64,000 bases of DNA. It comes from Gammaproteobacteria bacterium. Its GTDB lineage: Bacteria; Pseudomonadota; Gammaproteobacteria; Eutrophobiales; Eutrophobiaceae. Position numbers and translations under genes: made by a program. Location: NCBI GenBank assembly GCA_965116495.1, contig OZ220696.1:4256001-4320000 (forward strand), given 5' to 3'. The notes under the pieces are model-generated. The model was not told where the DNA came from. It did no database searches and was given only the letters and a program-made list of their open reading frames with translations. This document shows, piece after piece, positions 1 to 9,270 of the stretch (position 1 is the first letter of the stretch; every line of letters begins with the position of its first letter).

Positions 1-311
1 AAAATGGAAAGGAACCATTCACGGATTGGCTTAATGGATTAAAAGATGCGAAGGTGAGGCGCCGGATTCTTATGAGACTCAGACGTTTGGAACAAGGAAA
101 TTCAGGGGACAGCAAACACATCAGGGATCGGTTATATGAGTTACGTTTATTTTTTGGCCCTGGCTATCGAGTCTATTTCGGCAAAGATGGTGATACAGTT
201 ATCGTATTACTGGCCGGTGGTGACAAGAGTAGCCAGGATAAAGATATCCTTGTAGCACTACAATACTGGCGACATTACAGAAGCAATGACAGACTTAAGA
301 ACGCTCGATAA
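1..311 (+). CDS. RelE/ParE-family addiction module toxin (HI1419/HigB-like), 5' truncated by window edge
   Basis: Frame is open from base 3 (NGKEPFTDWLNGLKDAKVRRRI...). Contains the GNSGD and LYELRLFFGPGYRVYF...LLAGGDKSSQDKDI family motifs and overlaps the downstream antidote gene. Confidence 0.9.
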   Translation, partial: NGKEPFTDWLNGLKDAKVRRRILMRLRRLEQGNSGDSKHIRDRLYELRLFFGPGYRVYFGKDGDTVIVLLAGGDKSSQDKDILVALQYWRHYRSNDRLKNAR

Positions 312-588
312 CCTGGAAGAAGACTACTTTCGCCGGCATCCTCAAGAGGTGGATGCTTACCTGTCTGAGATCTTCGATGAATATGCACGTGACGGCAACT
401 CTGCTTCGTTACTTGCCTCCCTGCGCGTCATAGCCAAGGTAAAAGGAATTTCAGCGCTTGCCATTGAAACGGGCATGTCCAGGCAGGGATTACAAAAAGC
501 GCTTTCACGCAGGGGAAACCCGCGACTGGATAACATCAATGCGATCATACACGCCCTGGGTTACCGCCTGAGGCCAGTGAAAATATAA
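286..588 (+). CDS. Addiction module antidote, HTH (HI1420 family)
   Basis: LRVIAKVKGISALAIETGMSRQGLQKALSRRGNPRL HTH pattern; lies directly downstream of the toxin. Confidence 0.88.
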   Translation: MTDLRTLDNLEEDYFRRHPQEVDAYLSEIFDEYARDGNSASLLASLRVIAKVKGISALAIETGMSRQGLQKALSRRGNPRLDNINAIIHALGYRLRPVKI

Positions 589-650
589 ATCCTGGCCAGC
601 CCAGGCCGAGTTAACGCATGGCGGCAGAAAATGCGTCCAGGATGTACACC

Positions 651-1001
651 ATGAAAAAGACCTACAACGGCTCATGCCATTGCGGCAAGGTACGGTTTGA
701 AGCAGATATGAACCTCGACCATGTCAGGGTATGCGACTGCACGGTCTGCAGGAAACGTGGCGCACTGAACCACCGGGTTGAAGAAAAGGATATTCGAATA
801 TTCACCCCCTTGGATGAATTAATCCAATACAAATGGCACACCATGACCGCGACTGACTACATCTGCCCCGTATGCGGCATTCTGCCGTTCCGCCAGCCAC
901 GCGATAAACCGGCAATATGGACAGTAAATGTCCGCTGCCTGGATGGCGTTGACCTGGATTCAATACCTGTCAAGCAGGTATATGGGAGTACGCTGGATTA
1001 G
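651..1001 (+). CDS. GFA/CENP-V family zinc-binding protein
   Basis: GSCHCG, CDCTVC and CPVCG Cys motifs plus VNVRCL. Start could alternatively be 618. Confidence 0.88.
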   Translation: MKKTYNGSCHCGKVRFEADMNLDHVRVCDCTVCRKRGALNHRVEEKDIRIFTPLDELIQYKWHTMTATDYICPVCGILPFRQPRDKPAIWTVNVRCLDGVDLDSIPVKQVYGSTLD

Positions 1002-1089
1002 TAATTATTGTCATAAAATCGACTGAACGCCAACCTTCTGATACGCTAAGGATTAATCACATGCAGACAAATACCGAAGGGGGCTTAGT

Positions 1090-2328
1090 ATGGCAAAACA
1101 TGTTGTTATTGCAGGTGGGGGCACCGCCGGCATTACGGTCGCCGCGAGCCTGGCGCGCCAGGTAAAAAACAGTGAAGTAGATATTACCGTAATCGAACCG
1201 TCCGCCGATCATTACTATCAGCCCGCCTTTACACTGGTTGGCGCGGGGACATACAGCCTTGAAAAAACCCGGAGAGACGTAAAGAAACTGATCCCGCCAA
1301 AGGTAAACTGGATGAGGGATTCGGTAACCGGATTTGACGCGGAAAATAACACGGTTAAGGTCGGATCAGGGGCAACCGTCAGTTACGACTACCTGGTTGT
1401 ATGTCCTGGTCTCGAATTAAACTGGGAAAAAATTCAAGGCGCGGAAGACGCATTGGGACAGAACGGCGTATCCAGCAACTACTCGCCTGCGCATGCGGAA
1501 TACACCTGGGAGGGGATCAAAAACCTCAAACCGGGTGCAAAGGCCTTGTTCACCCAGGCCCCCCTGCCGTTTAAATGCCCTGGCGCACCGCAGAAAATTG
1601 CCTATTTGGCGGCGGACCATTTACGCAACAAGGGGATATTGAAGGATTGCGAATTACACTTTCTGACCCATGCCCCCGGGATGTTTGCCGTACCCCTGTT
1701 TGCTGCGGAACTGAAGGACGTGGCAGCGCGTTACGGTATCCATGTTCACTTTCAACATAATCTGGTCGCAGTGGATGGGCAACACAAAAACGCCACGTTC
1801 GAGGTAGCAGGAGGTGACCAGAAAGGCAAATCAGTCACTATGGATTTTGACATGCTTCACATGACCCCGCCGCAATCGCCGCCGGAGGTGATAAAGACGA
1901 GCGTGCTGGCGAATGAGGGTGGGTTTGTCGACCTGAATCAAAACACCATGCAACACACCAGGTTTGCCAATGTATTCGGCCTTGGTGACGCAGGTTCTAC
2001 CCCGAATTCGAAAACCGCTGCGGCAGTTCGTAAACAGGCCCCTATCGTGGTGAAAAACCTCTTGACGCTCATCAATGGCGGCAAACTGGACACAGGTTAC
2101 GACGGTTATGCTTCCTGTCCCTTAACCACGGCATACGGGAAAGTGATCATGGCTGAATTTTGTTACGGGGGAAAAGTCACACCGACGTTCCCGCTGGACC
2201 CGCGCAAGGAGCGCTGGAGTTACTGGTGGATTAAAACAACCGGCCTGCCGGTATTCTACTGGAATTATATGCTGAAGGGCTATGAATGGTTTTTAAAGCA
2301 CGATACGGATTTCGTTGAACCGGCCTAG
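1090..2328 (+). CDS. sqr: Sulfide:quinone oxidoreductase, type II-like FAD-dependent oxidoreductase
   Basis: GGGTAG FAD motif, HYYQPAFTLVG, and catalytic-Cys motifs FKCPGAPQK and YDGYASCPL. Confidence 0.82.
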   Translation: MAKHVVIAGGGTAGITVAASLARQVKNSEVDITVIEPSADHYYQPAFTLVGAGTYSLEKTRRDVKKLIPPKVNWMRDSVTGFDAENNTVKVGSGATVSYDYLVVCPGLELNWEKIQGAEDALGQNGVSSNYSPAHAEYTWEGIKNLKPGAKALFTQAPLPFKCPGAPQKIAYLAADHLRNKGILKDCELHFLTHAPGMFAVPLFAAELKDVAARYGIHVHFQHNLVAVDGQHKNATFEVAGGDQKGKSVTMDFDMLHMTPPQSPPEVIKTSVLANEGGFVDLNQNTMQHTRFANVFGLGDAGSTPNSKTAAAVRKQAPIVVKNLLTLINGGKLDTGYDGYASCPLTTAYGKVIMAEFCYGGKVTPTFPLDPRKERWSYWWIKTTGLPVFYWNYMLKGYEWFLKHDTDFVEPA

Positions 2329-2531
2329 GGGTCGGACCAGTCCTATTCTTGATCCGGATAATCAACACGTTCGACTCGACTCTCTGGTCAAAGCCGCTCA
2401 TGCCGTGGGTAAAGAGCTTTCCGTAGCGCTGCATTAGACTTCTGCTGTCAGGCGGATTTTTTCCCTTGAGCAGTTTGGCCAGGTGAGGGTGTGCAATGTG
2501 CGACCTGACCCCGTTTGCATGCGTTTGCATA

Positions 2532-2560
2532 TTGACAGCAAAATCTGCTAGCAGTATAAT
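2532..2560 (+). promoter_or_regulatory. Consensus sigma70 promoter of the fitAB-like TA operon, with palindromic operator
   Basis: TTGACA (2532-2537), 17 bp spacer, TATAAT (2555-2560). Palindrome CTGCTAGCAG at 2545-2554. Confidence 0.8.
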
Positions 2561-2594
2561 ACAAGCCGATTTTAACACCAACGAGGATACGGCA

Positions 2595-2852
2595 ATGAGT
2601 TCTGTTATCACCGTCCGTGATGTCGACCCGGGCGACAAGTCCTGGCTCAAGCGCGAGGCGCGTCATCAAGGCGTGTCGATGGAAGAACTGGTGCGCCGTC
2701 TGATCCACGAGCGGCGCGAGAAATCCGAAAGTCATACAAAACCCTCTGAGGCTTTCAGGCGCTACTTCGGGCCGGATCACGGTGTTGAGCTACCGCTACA
2801 GGAGCGTCATGGTTACCGGCCCCTCGTATTTCCTGAAGATAACCAGCCATGA
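2595..2852 (+). CDS. FitA-like ribbon-helix-helix antitoxin
   Basis: MSSVITVRDVD...LKREARHQGVSMEELVRRLI pattern; GAGG RBS upstream; ATGA overlap with the PIN toxin. Confidence 0.8.
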   Translation: MSSVITVRDVDPGDKSWLKREARHQGVSMEELVRRLIHERREKSESHTKPSEAFRRYFGPDHGVELPLQERHGYRPLVFPEDNQP

Positions 2853-3298
2853 CCGCGCCTGTCGCCCGGCTCCTGGATACGAATGTTGTCTCGGAGATGA
2901 TGCGGCCCGAACCGGCGCCGCAAGTCGCGGAATTTCTCGACGCGGTCGCCGCAGACGGAATCGGTCTGTCCTGTGTGACTGTCTGGGAAATACTCAACGG
3001 CATCGGCAGGCTCGACCACGGGCAGCGCCGGTCGGATATTACGGAGCGATTCCAGGGTATGCTGGACGATGTCTTTGAAGATCGGGTTTTTGGCTGGACT
3101 GCTGCCGACGCACAAATTTGCGCTGAGATTATGGAAACAAAGCGCCGCAAAGGAGAGCCGCTCGATAGCCATTTGCCGGATGCGATGATTGCCGGTACTG
3201 CGGTACGCCACGGACTCACTATTGTCACACGCAACGAGCGAGAATTCCGTAATACAGGCGCCAACGCAGTCAACCCCTGGATAGAGTTACCGGACTGA
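2849..3298 (+). CDS. vapC: VapC/FitB PIN-domain toxin
   Basis: LLDTNVVSE, DAMIAGTA and TRNEREF PIN motifs. Confidence 0.92.
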   Translation: MTAPVARLLDTNVVSEMMRPEPAPQVAEFLDAVAADGIGLSCVTVWEILNGIGRLDHGQRRSDITERFQGMLDDVFEDRVFGWTAADAQICAEIMETKRRKGEPLDSHLPDAMIAGTAVRHGLTIVTRNEREFRNTGANAVNPWIELPD

Positions 3299-3348
3299 AG
3301 TAAAAACAGTGACCCTCTCCAGAATTCACAGACCGATTATTTCATTAT

Positions 3349-3594
3349 ATGCATATTTCATTGACACCTAAACTCGAGGCAATGGTCAAATCAAAGGTTG
3401 CATCGGGCATGTATAATAATGCCAGTGAAGTCATCAGGGAGGCACTCAGATTTATGGACCAGAATGAAAAACTTCTCTACCTGCTTAAATCAGAACGGTT
3501 ACGCTACGAGGTAGCGCAGGGAGCAATAGAGGCTGAGCAGGGTAATTTCAGCCCGCGCACCGTACAGGATATTCTTGATGATATGAATTCGTAG
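3349..3594 (+). CDS. parD: ParD-family antitoxin (CC2985-like)
   Basis: MHISLTP...VASGMYNNASEVIREALR signature. Confidence 0.88.
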   Translation: MHISLTPKLEAMVKSKVASGMYNNASEVIREALRFMDQNEKLLYLLKSERLRYEVAQGAIEAEQGNFSPRTVQDILDDMNS

Positions 3595-3609
3595 CCAGGG
3601 ATGGATATG

Positions 3610-3903
3610 ATGGCCAGGTACAGGCTCATACCGAAAGCCGACAGGGATTTGACGCAAATCTGGCGCTATACAAACGAGAACTGGGGTAAATCCCAGGCAA
3701 ATCAATACCTTCAACTTTTCGAGAGCCGCTTTCTGATGCTTTTACGCCACGCGAAGTCAGGTAGAGCGCGAGATGAAGTAAGGAGGGGATATCGTAGTCT
3801 GCCGGTTGAAAATCACGTCATATTTTATCGGGTTATAGATAATGACATCGAAATTGTAAGAGTTCTGCATCAACGAATGGAAGTCAATCAGCACGTATTT
3901 TAA
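3610..3903 (+). CDS. parE: ParE-family toxin
   Basis: ADRDLTQIWRYT..WG..QA..Y, GRARDEV..GYRS, HVIFYR, IVRVLHQRM. Start could be 3601, 3607 or 3610. Confidence 0.9.
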   Translation: MARYRLIPKADRDLTQIWRYTNENWGKSQANQYLQLFESRFLMLLRHAKSGRARDEVRRGYRSLPVENHVIFYRVIDNDIEIVRVLHQRMEVNQHVF

Positions 3904-3981
3904 TATAACGAGCATTCGGCTATACAACGGCTGAGAGAATGTCGATAGAATCCGACCCGGAACTGCTTCAGACCGGAAGTG

Positions 3982-4204
3982 TTGACGTTAGAGCAAAAGA
4001 AAACCCTGAAATTAATCGCAAAGATGTGGACTGATGAAAAATGAACTGTTCAATGAGCTGCTCAAAAGTATGCACGAGATGGACCGGATAGTTCAGGGCG
4101 AGTCAGCGCCCGGCAGAGTAACCCGGTTCACCGAACCGGAGGTCAGGCAGATTCGCGAAAATACCGGCCTCTTAAGGAGGCGCCATGACCGAACTCAACA
4201 TTGA
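3982..4204 (+). pseudogene. Remnant of a RelE/HigB toxin tail plus a truncated HigA/NadS-like antitoxin
   Basis: 3982-4044 reads LTLEQKKTLKLIAKMWTDEK*. 4034-4171 reads MKNELFNELLKSMHEMDRIVQGESAPGRVTRFTEPEVRQIRENTGL and then loses similarity where the Xre HTH should begin. Confidence 0.6.
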
Positions 4205-4379
4205 CGATTGCATCAACGAGACCTGTCCCTGGTCCGGCAAGCCGGTGCAGGCCGACTCGCTGGCCTTGTACGGCGATGATGTCGTCGGGTTTTGCAATCC
4301 TGGATGCCGTGACAAGTTTGAAAGCGCGGTCAGGCATTTTGAGGAAGCGAGGGTGTCGGTTGGAGAACGTATTGATTAA
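4185..4379 (+). CDS. Small YHS/TRASH-like Cys protein
   Basis: CPWSGKPV...VGFCNPGCRDKF; strong AAGGAGG RBS. Confidence 0.7.
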   Translation: MTELNIDDCINETCPWSGKPVQADSLALYGDDVVGFCNPGCRDKFESAVRHFEEARVSVGERID

Positions 4380-4449
4380 AACTCCGTTTCTCTAGAACCT
4401 GCCCGTGGGCAGCTTGTCACTCTCCCGAGCGAATCCCCACAGGCCAATT

Positions 4450-4487
4450 GCTTGGGCTCACTTACGGTAGGCGAAGTGAGCCCAAGC
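4450..4487. terminator. Perfect 14-bp stem hairpin (terminator or REP-like)
   Basis: GCTTGGGCTCACTT / AAGTGAGCCCAAGC, between convergent genes. Confidence 0.5.
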
Positions 4488-4695
4488 TAAAGAATCTCTA
4501 ACAAGGTGTCTTCGGGTTCCCAGGCCACCATGGTGTTTTTTATTTCAGGCCAAAATAAGTCGTCGAGCCTATTTGGATCAGGCAAATGCACCAAGTTTGC
4601 CTTGACTCTTCTTATTCGAGGTTCGCCCTTCTCATTTTTTGGTCGTCAGCAACACCGTGCGAGGCGGGTCAAAATATCCAGGGTCGAAGTATTAA

Positions 4696-5400
4696 TTAAA
4701 CAATGAATCGGACTAACCCATCCCAGGATGTTCTGTAAACAGGACGCTCGCGCGGATCAATCAAACCAACTTCTTCCAGCCGCCAATTCCCGCGTCCGTA
4801 GTTACAGGGGGCGCAAGTAATTACGATGTTATCCGGCACGGATTCTCCTCCCCAGCAATGCGGCAGGATGTGGTCAAACTGGAGCCACAGACATTGGAGT
4901 GCCGCATGTTGGTCGAGGTTCTTTTGGCTACGCCAATATGCAGAATCTGGATATGCTGTCGTTATTGCTTTACGGATTTCGAAAGGAATTACCGGGATTC
5001 CACAAAAGCGGCAGTTGTAACCATCACGAGCAATGATTTCAAGCCGTTGTTTTTTTGTTGGCATCCGGTCATAGACTTTTGGTTCAGGTTTACCTATGCC
5101 TTGAATTTCCCTCCAGCGGTGGTAACGCCATTGTTCCGGATTTTCCCGTTTACCACCCCAGAGTGATTCAGTCCAAGCCCGAATTTCAGGAATATCAGCC
5201 TCATGGAAAAGTTGTTCTGCAGTTTCCCGATCTTGACGAAGATGTGCGTCTACTGCCAGGTCCAGGAGTTCCGCTGCATGGAATATCTCATCTATAGGTT
5301 CTCGCATACAGCGACGAGGCGCCAGAAACTCTTCCAATAAAGCTTTTTCGCAAGAACCATCAGTGTAAGTCAAACTATGCAACATCGTCTTGTACCCCAA
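4696..5400 (-). CDS. HNH endonuclease
   Basis: RDGYNCRFCG, FDHILPHCWGG and NIVITCAPCNYGR (zinc-bound HNH). Start uncertain. Confidence 0.85.
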   Translation of the reverse strand: MGYKTMLHSLTYTDGSCEKALLEEFLAPRRCMREPIDEIFHAAELLDLAVDAHLRQDRETAEQLFHEADIPEIRAWTESLWGGKRENPEQWRYHRWREIQGIGKPEPKVYDRMPTKKQRLEIIARDGYNCRFCGIPVIPFEIRKAITTAYPDSAYWRSQKNLDQHAALQCLWLQFDHILPHCWGGESVPDNIVITCAPCNYGRGNWRLEEVGLIDPRERPVYRTSWDGLVRFIV

Positions 5401-5619
5401 TATTATTTGTCTTTCACCTCGGATAGTAACCTGTCAATAAGTCCGGATCTAATACCTGGCTTGCGACGTTCGGCAAGAGTCTTATCGAAAAAGTCAAAAG
5501 TGAATTTTGAAGCTATCCTGAACCTGCTTAGTCATACATTTCGGTTATACTAAACCATCAACCGATAACTTGGCTCTGCCCTTACAAAATGAAATTTCTT
5601 CTTTGCATGAGGTTTAGGC

Positions 5620-6546
5620 ATGAAATCTGACGTAGCCGACACCCTGATGCGCGTCGCAGCTTTTGGGCACGTGCTAAAGCTGAGCGAAACACAAAATAAT
5701 ATTTCAGCAGAGGAGTTGAGGAGCGGGTTTACTTTTGAAGGTGAGCGCATCCCATTGGTCAACCCGCAAAGAGGTATTTTCAAGCCAAAACAAATGCAAT
5801 ATTTGCTTTCGATCAGGACGGTGTTTCCTCGTCCTGGCAAGCGTGTCTGGTACGATGATCAACGACAGGTACATAGCCAGATATTCGAAAGCCGCGAAGC
5901 CGTCGATTATGCCTTCATGGGGAAAAATCCGGATGCCGCCGACAATCGTTGGCTCCGTGAAGCCTTCGAAAACCGGGTCCCGGTGATCTATTTCCTTGGC
6001 GTCGCACCAGGGCTTTATCAGGCGATAATACCCACATATATCTCTGGTTGGGATGCAAATGCGCTGAAAGCACGGATCGTTTTCGGAATTCCGCATCAAG
6101 CTGACTATGTTGCACCAGAAAGTGTCAGCGAACGCCGTTATGCGCTGCAGACAGTCAAACAACGCCTCCATCAAGCGTCTTTTCGTGAGGCTGTTATTAC
6201 AGCTTATAACGGACGTTGTGCCCTGTCTGGATTTCCGGAGCAGAGATTGCTTGATGCGGCGCACATTATTTCCGACAAAGATGAACAGTTAGGCCAGCCG
6301 GTTGTGCCAAACGGATTGCCGCTTTCAAAAATACATCATGCGGCGTTCGATGCTCACTTTATTGGTATTGATCCTGATTATCGACTGCATGTATCGGAAC
6401 GTCTTCTCCAATTACATGACGGTCCGATGCTTGATGCGTTAAAACAACTAGACGGTGGAATGCTCCACCTTCCGGCGCGGGCGAAGGACTATCCGGACCC
6501 GGACCGGCTATCGCTACGTTACGAGCAATTTAGGGTTGCTGCTTAG
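5620..6546 (+). CDS. Predicted restriction endonuclease: SRA-like N-terminus plus HNH_2
   Basis: C-terminal RLHQASFR...YNGRCALSG..LLDAAHI...NGLPLSKIHHAAFD; N-terminal GIFKP..LSIRT..YDD..DNRWLREA..VIYF. Confidence 0.8.
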   Translation: MKSDVADTLMRVAAFGHVLKLSETQNNISAEELRSGFTFEGERIPLVNPQRGIFKPKQMQYLLSIRTVFPRPGKRVWYDDQRQVHSQIFESREAVDYAFMGKNPDAADNRWLREAFENRVPVIYFLGVAPGLYQAIIPTYISGWDANALKARIVFGIPHQADYVAPESVSERRYALQTVKQRLHQASFREAVITAYNGRCALSGFPEQRLLDAAHIISDKDEQLGQPVVPNGLPLSKIHHAAFDAHFIGIDPDYRLHVSERLLQLHDGPMLDALKQLDGGMLHLPARAKDYPDPDRLSLRYEQFRVAA

Positions 6547-6584
6547 ATTAGTTACATTTCAAAAAGATCACGAAAGTTGTTTCC

Positions 6585-7427
6585 ATGAAAGAACTAAGAA
6601 AATTGAACTTTAATAAACTGATTTCTGTCGGCGTGCCTGATGTTGCGACCTATTCCTACGATGAATATAAAACTAATGGGTATAAGCACAAACCTATAAA
6701 CGGGTATTGTGTTTCGTGCGAAGAAAAAGGATGCAGCAGTTCAACGGACGATGATTCATATAAGCTTACCAACATATCTCACGGCGCACATTCCAGTGAT
6801 TTCTTCCGAGCATATAAGATAAAACAGGATGCCTCAGATTGGCATCATGAACCGATCATGTTTGTGTATGAATCACCGAGCCGGAATTACGATATTTACA
6901 AAGAAGAACGTTATAACGGATATGACAAGCAACCTTCAAAAACTTGGTATTGGATCCATAGCGATTGGGATAGTCCTATTGCGTATCCTAAAGGATTTAA
7001 GGGTGGCGTATATGACGAATTTGTTTGGTGTGCTACATTGACCTTTAAACTTGCAAATGTTTACGTGACAAACTTGGTTAAATGCGGATTAAATAACGTA
7101 GAAGGAAATTTTAAAGGTCTAGCATCATTTAAGAATGAAACCGTTGAAAACTGCTATACGAATTTCTTGAGTGAGGAGATCTCTATCATCAAGCCAACAA
7201 TTATTTTTGCTGTAGGATCCAACATCGAGCGGTGGGTTAATCATTTCGTCAAAGATAAATATTTTGTGCAGCAACTACCGCATCCTGCTGGGAGGCGAAG
7301 AGGCTTCAGGGATGATCATTACAGAGCTATCTACTTCTGGGGTGTGGTAAGGGCACTTCACAAAGCTGAGATCATCAACACCGATGAAGGTTGTGAATTG
7401 GCAAGGCTATATTTGGATAAATATTAA
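6585..7427 (+). CDS. Divergent uracil-DNA-glycosylase superfamily protein
   Basis: MFVYESPS, YVTNLVKC, NC..FLSEEISIIKPTIIFAVG and LPHPA; N-terminal CxxC. Confidence 0.7.
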   Translation: MKELRKLNFNKLISVGVPDVATYSYDEYKTNGYKHKPINGYCVSCEEKGCSSSTDDDSYKLTNISHGAHSSDFFRAYKIKQDASDWHHEPIMFVYESPSRNYDIYKEERYNGYDKQPSKTWYWIHSDWDSPIAYPKGFKGGVYDEFVWCATLTFKLANVYVTNLVKCGLNNVEGNFKGLASFKNETVENCYTNFLSEEISIIKPTIIFAVGSNIERWVNHFVKDKYFVQQLPHPAGRRRGFRDDHYRAIYFWGVVRALHKAEIINTDEGCELARLYLDKY

Positions 7428-7753
7428 ATTTCTACATCTAATCTGTAATTCGCTGGGTTATCCATTTTCCATCAACCGTCAGAGCATCCGAGCCGTGGGC
7501 AAGGAAGCTGCTTACTCAGCAGCATGGATGATTACCGGGAACACCCCAGAGAAAAAAGTGCGAAACAAATTTGACACTACCCAGATCAAATCTGAACATC
7601 TACATGTAATCACTGAATGACCTGACGCCGGAGGATTTCTACCGACGATATCAACAAGCCGGACATCTCGAATTTACGAGTATCATGTTCAGAAGTGAGG
7701 TTCAGAAAACGAAAAGATCATTATAGACACAATTACTGACAGAGAGAGATTAT

Positions 7754-8746
7754 ATGGATGCAATAAAAGCACTAGGATTAAGCCAGCCGGATGATTGGAT
7801 TCTAAAACCCGATCAACATGCAGACTTCCTCCCTGATGAAGCGGCACAACTTGTAGCCATTCTACGTAGTAGCAAAATAAATACTATCATCACAAAATAT
7901 AAAGATGCTGATGAAAAAGCTATACACGCACAAAAAAAATATAAGTTATTTAGCAAATTTGGAATTTCATCCGCTTCCGCCGCTGCATTACTTGGAGCAG
8001 TCCTGTTATTTTTAAAATCCTCTTCGGACCCAGGAACTTTTCTTTACAATGTTGGTGAAAATTATGAAAGGCTCATTCTGAGTGCTGAAGCCATAGCTAT
8101 TGCATTGACGGCTTCATTTAGCTACTTACTCAAGCATGATAAATATTTTATCAAATGGATGAATCAACGTGCGAAAGCGGAGACTGAACGGATACGACTC
8201 TTTGAAACTGTATGCTTTCATAAATGTCCGGATCTCAATAAGAATAATTGTATTGAACTTTACCAATTACAACTTGAATACTTTCGAAGATATCAACTTG
8301 AAGTGCAACTGAGTTATTATAAGGGAAGAAGTGAACAGCATGAGAAAGCTGCGAGTAAATTGATTTCTGTTGGTGGAGGTATTACTTTTTTTATTGTATT
8401 AGCAACTGCAATGACCGGCGTATTTGATAATGGTGAAATTATCGCAGCATTAGCTCTTATGGGGATTGCTGCACCGGTAATTTTATCAGCACACGGTAAT
8501 TTGAAACTCATCAGTCAGGATGAACGTAATTCAATAAGATATACGAATACATATGATCGCTTGTTAGAGTTGGAAGGAAATCTTTCTGATGTCAGGAATA
8601 AAATTTCTAACGGCGACCAAGATGAATTAATAAACTTTGTTAACCTGGTTAACAATGAAATTTCTGTTGAACATCGAGAATGGATTAGAATTCAAGACTC
8701 CGCTGAAAGACCAAACTACAAGCACTCGGATTACATGGAAGAATGA
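7754..8746 (+). CDS. SLATT/DUF4231-like membrane protein with two 2TM modules
   Basis: Two hydrophobic hairpins followed by KWMNQRAKAE, QLSYY and V..EISVEHREW, which resemble SLATT motifs. Confidence 0.65.
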   Translation: MDAIKALGLSQPDDWILKPDQHADFLPDEAAQLVAILRSSKINTIITKYKDADEKAIHAQKKYKLFSKFGISSASAAALLGAVLLFLKSSSDPGTFLYNVGENYERLILSAEAIAIALTASFSYLLKHDKYFIKWMNQRAKAETERIRLFETVCFHKCPDLNKNNCIELYQLQLEYFRRYQLEVQLSYYKGRSEQHEKAASKLISVGGGITFFIVLATAMTGVFDNGEIIAALALMGIAAPVILSAHGNLKLISQDERNSIRYTNTYDRLLELEGNLSDVRNKISNGDQDELINFVNLVNNEISVEHREWIRIQDSAERPNYKHSDYMEE

Positions 8747-8802
8747 TTTGAAGCAGTAGCACCAATAAAACAGATGAAGTGGTTAAACTCTGAATATCGG
8801 CT

Positions 8803-9270
8803 CTAAGTAATTTCACGTGCAAGATTTGACCACGTTACGACTTTTATATTATTAGCCCTTATCCAACGTGGCATTTTATTTGGCTTTCCATCCTTCGTAT
8901 GCGTAGCAATTACAGTTTTTCCCAGTGAGAGACTCTTCTCTACTTCCCATTTCACCCATTCACTGTTATCAGTATATTTTGAAATATGGACGACACAGTA
9001 TGAACTACGTTCTATGCGTTCAGTAATCTTCTGCTTAATATAATCAGCCCGTACGCTATTAAACGGGGCACGTACAGAGTGATCATTAAATTCGATATCA
9101 CTATTATCGTTTTTGGCATTGGCACGCAATAAGTTGACTTCATCCATGTCTTCGGCCGCGAAACTTATGAATACATTACGTTTCCCCCCCTTTAGCGCTT
9201 CCTTTGCCTTTTCTTCAAGGCCGCGAATGTTTCCCAAGGTATTCCACCCTCCGCCGCTACCGCCGCCCAC
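8803..9270 (-). CDS. ThsB-like TIR domain protein (DUF1863/MTH538) with Gly-rich N-terminus
   Basis: RNVFISF..ED and SEWVKWEVEKS (catalytic Glu position). GTG start with GAGGAG RBS at 9278-9283; overlaps the queC stop. Confidence 0.85.
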   Translation of the reverse strand: MGGGSGGGWNTLGNIRGLEEKAKEALKGGKRNVFISFAAEDMDEVNLLRANAKNDNSDIEFNDHSVRAPFNSVRADYIKQKITERIERSSYCVVHISKYTDNSEWVKWEVEKSLSLGKTVIATHTKDGKPNKMPRWIRANNIKVVTWSNLAREIT

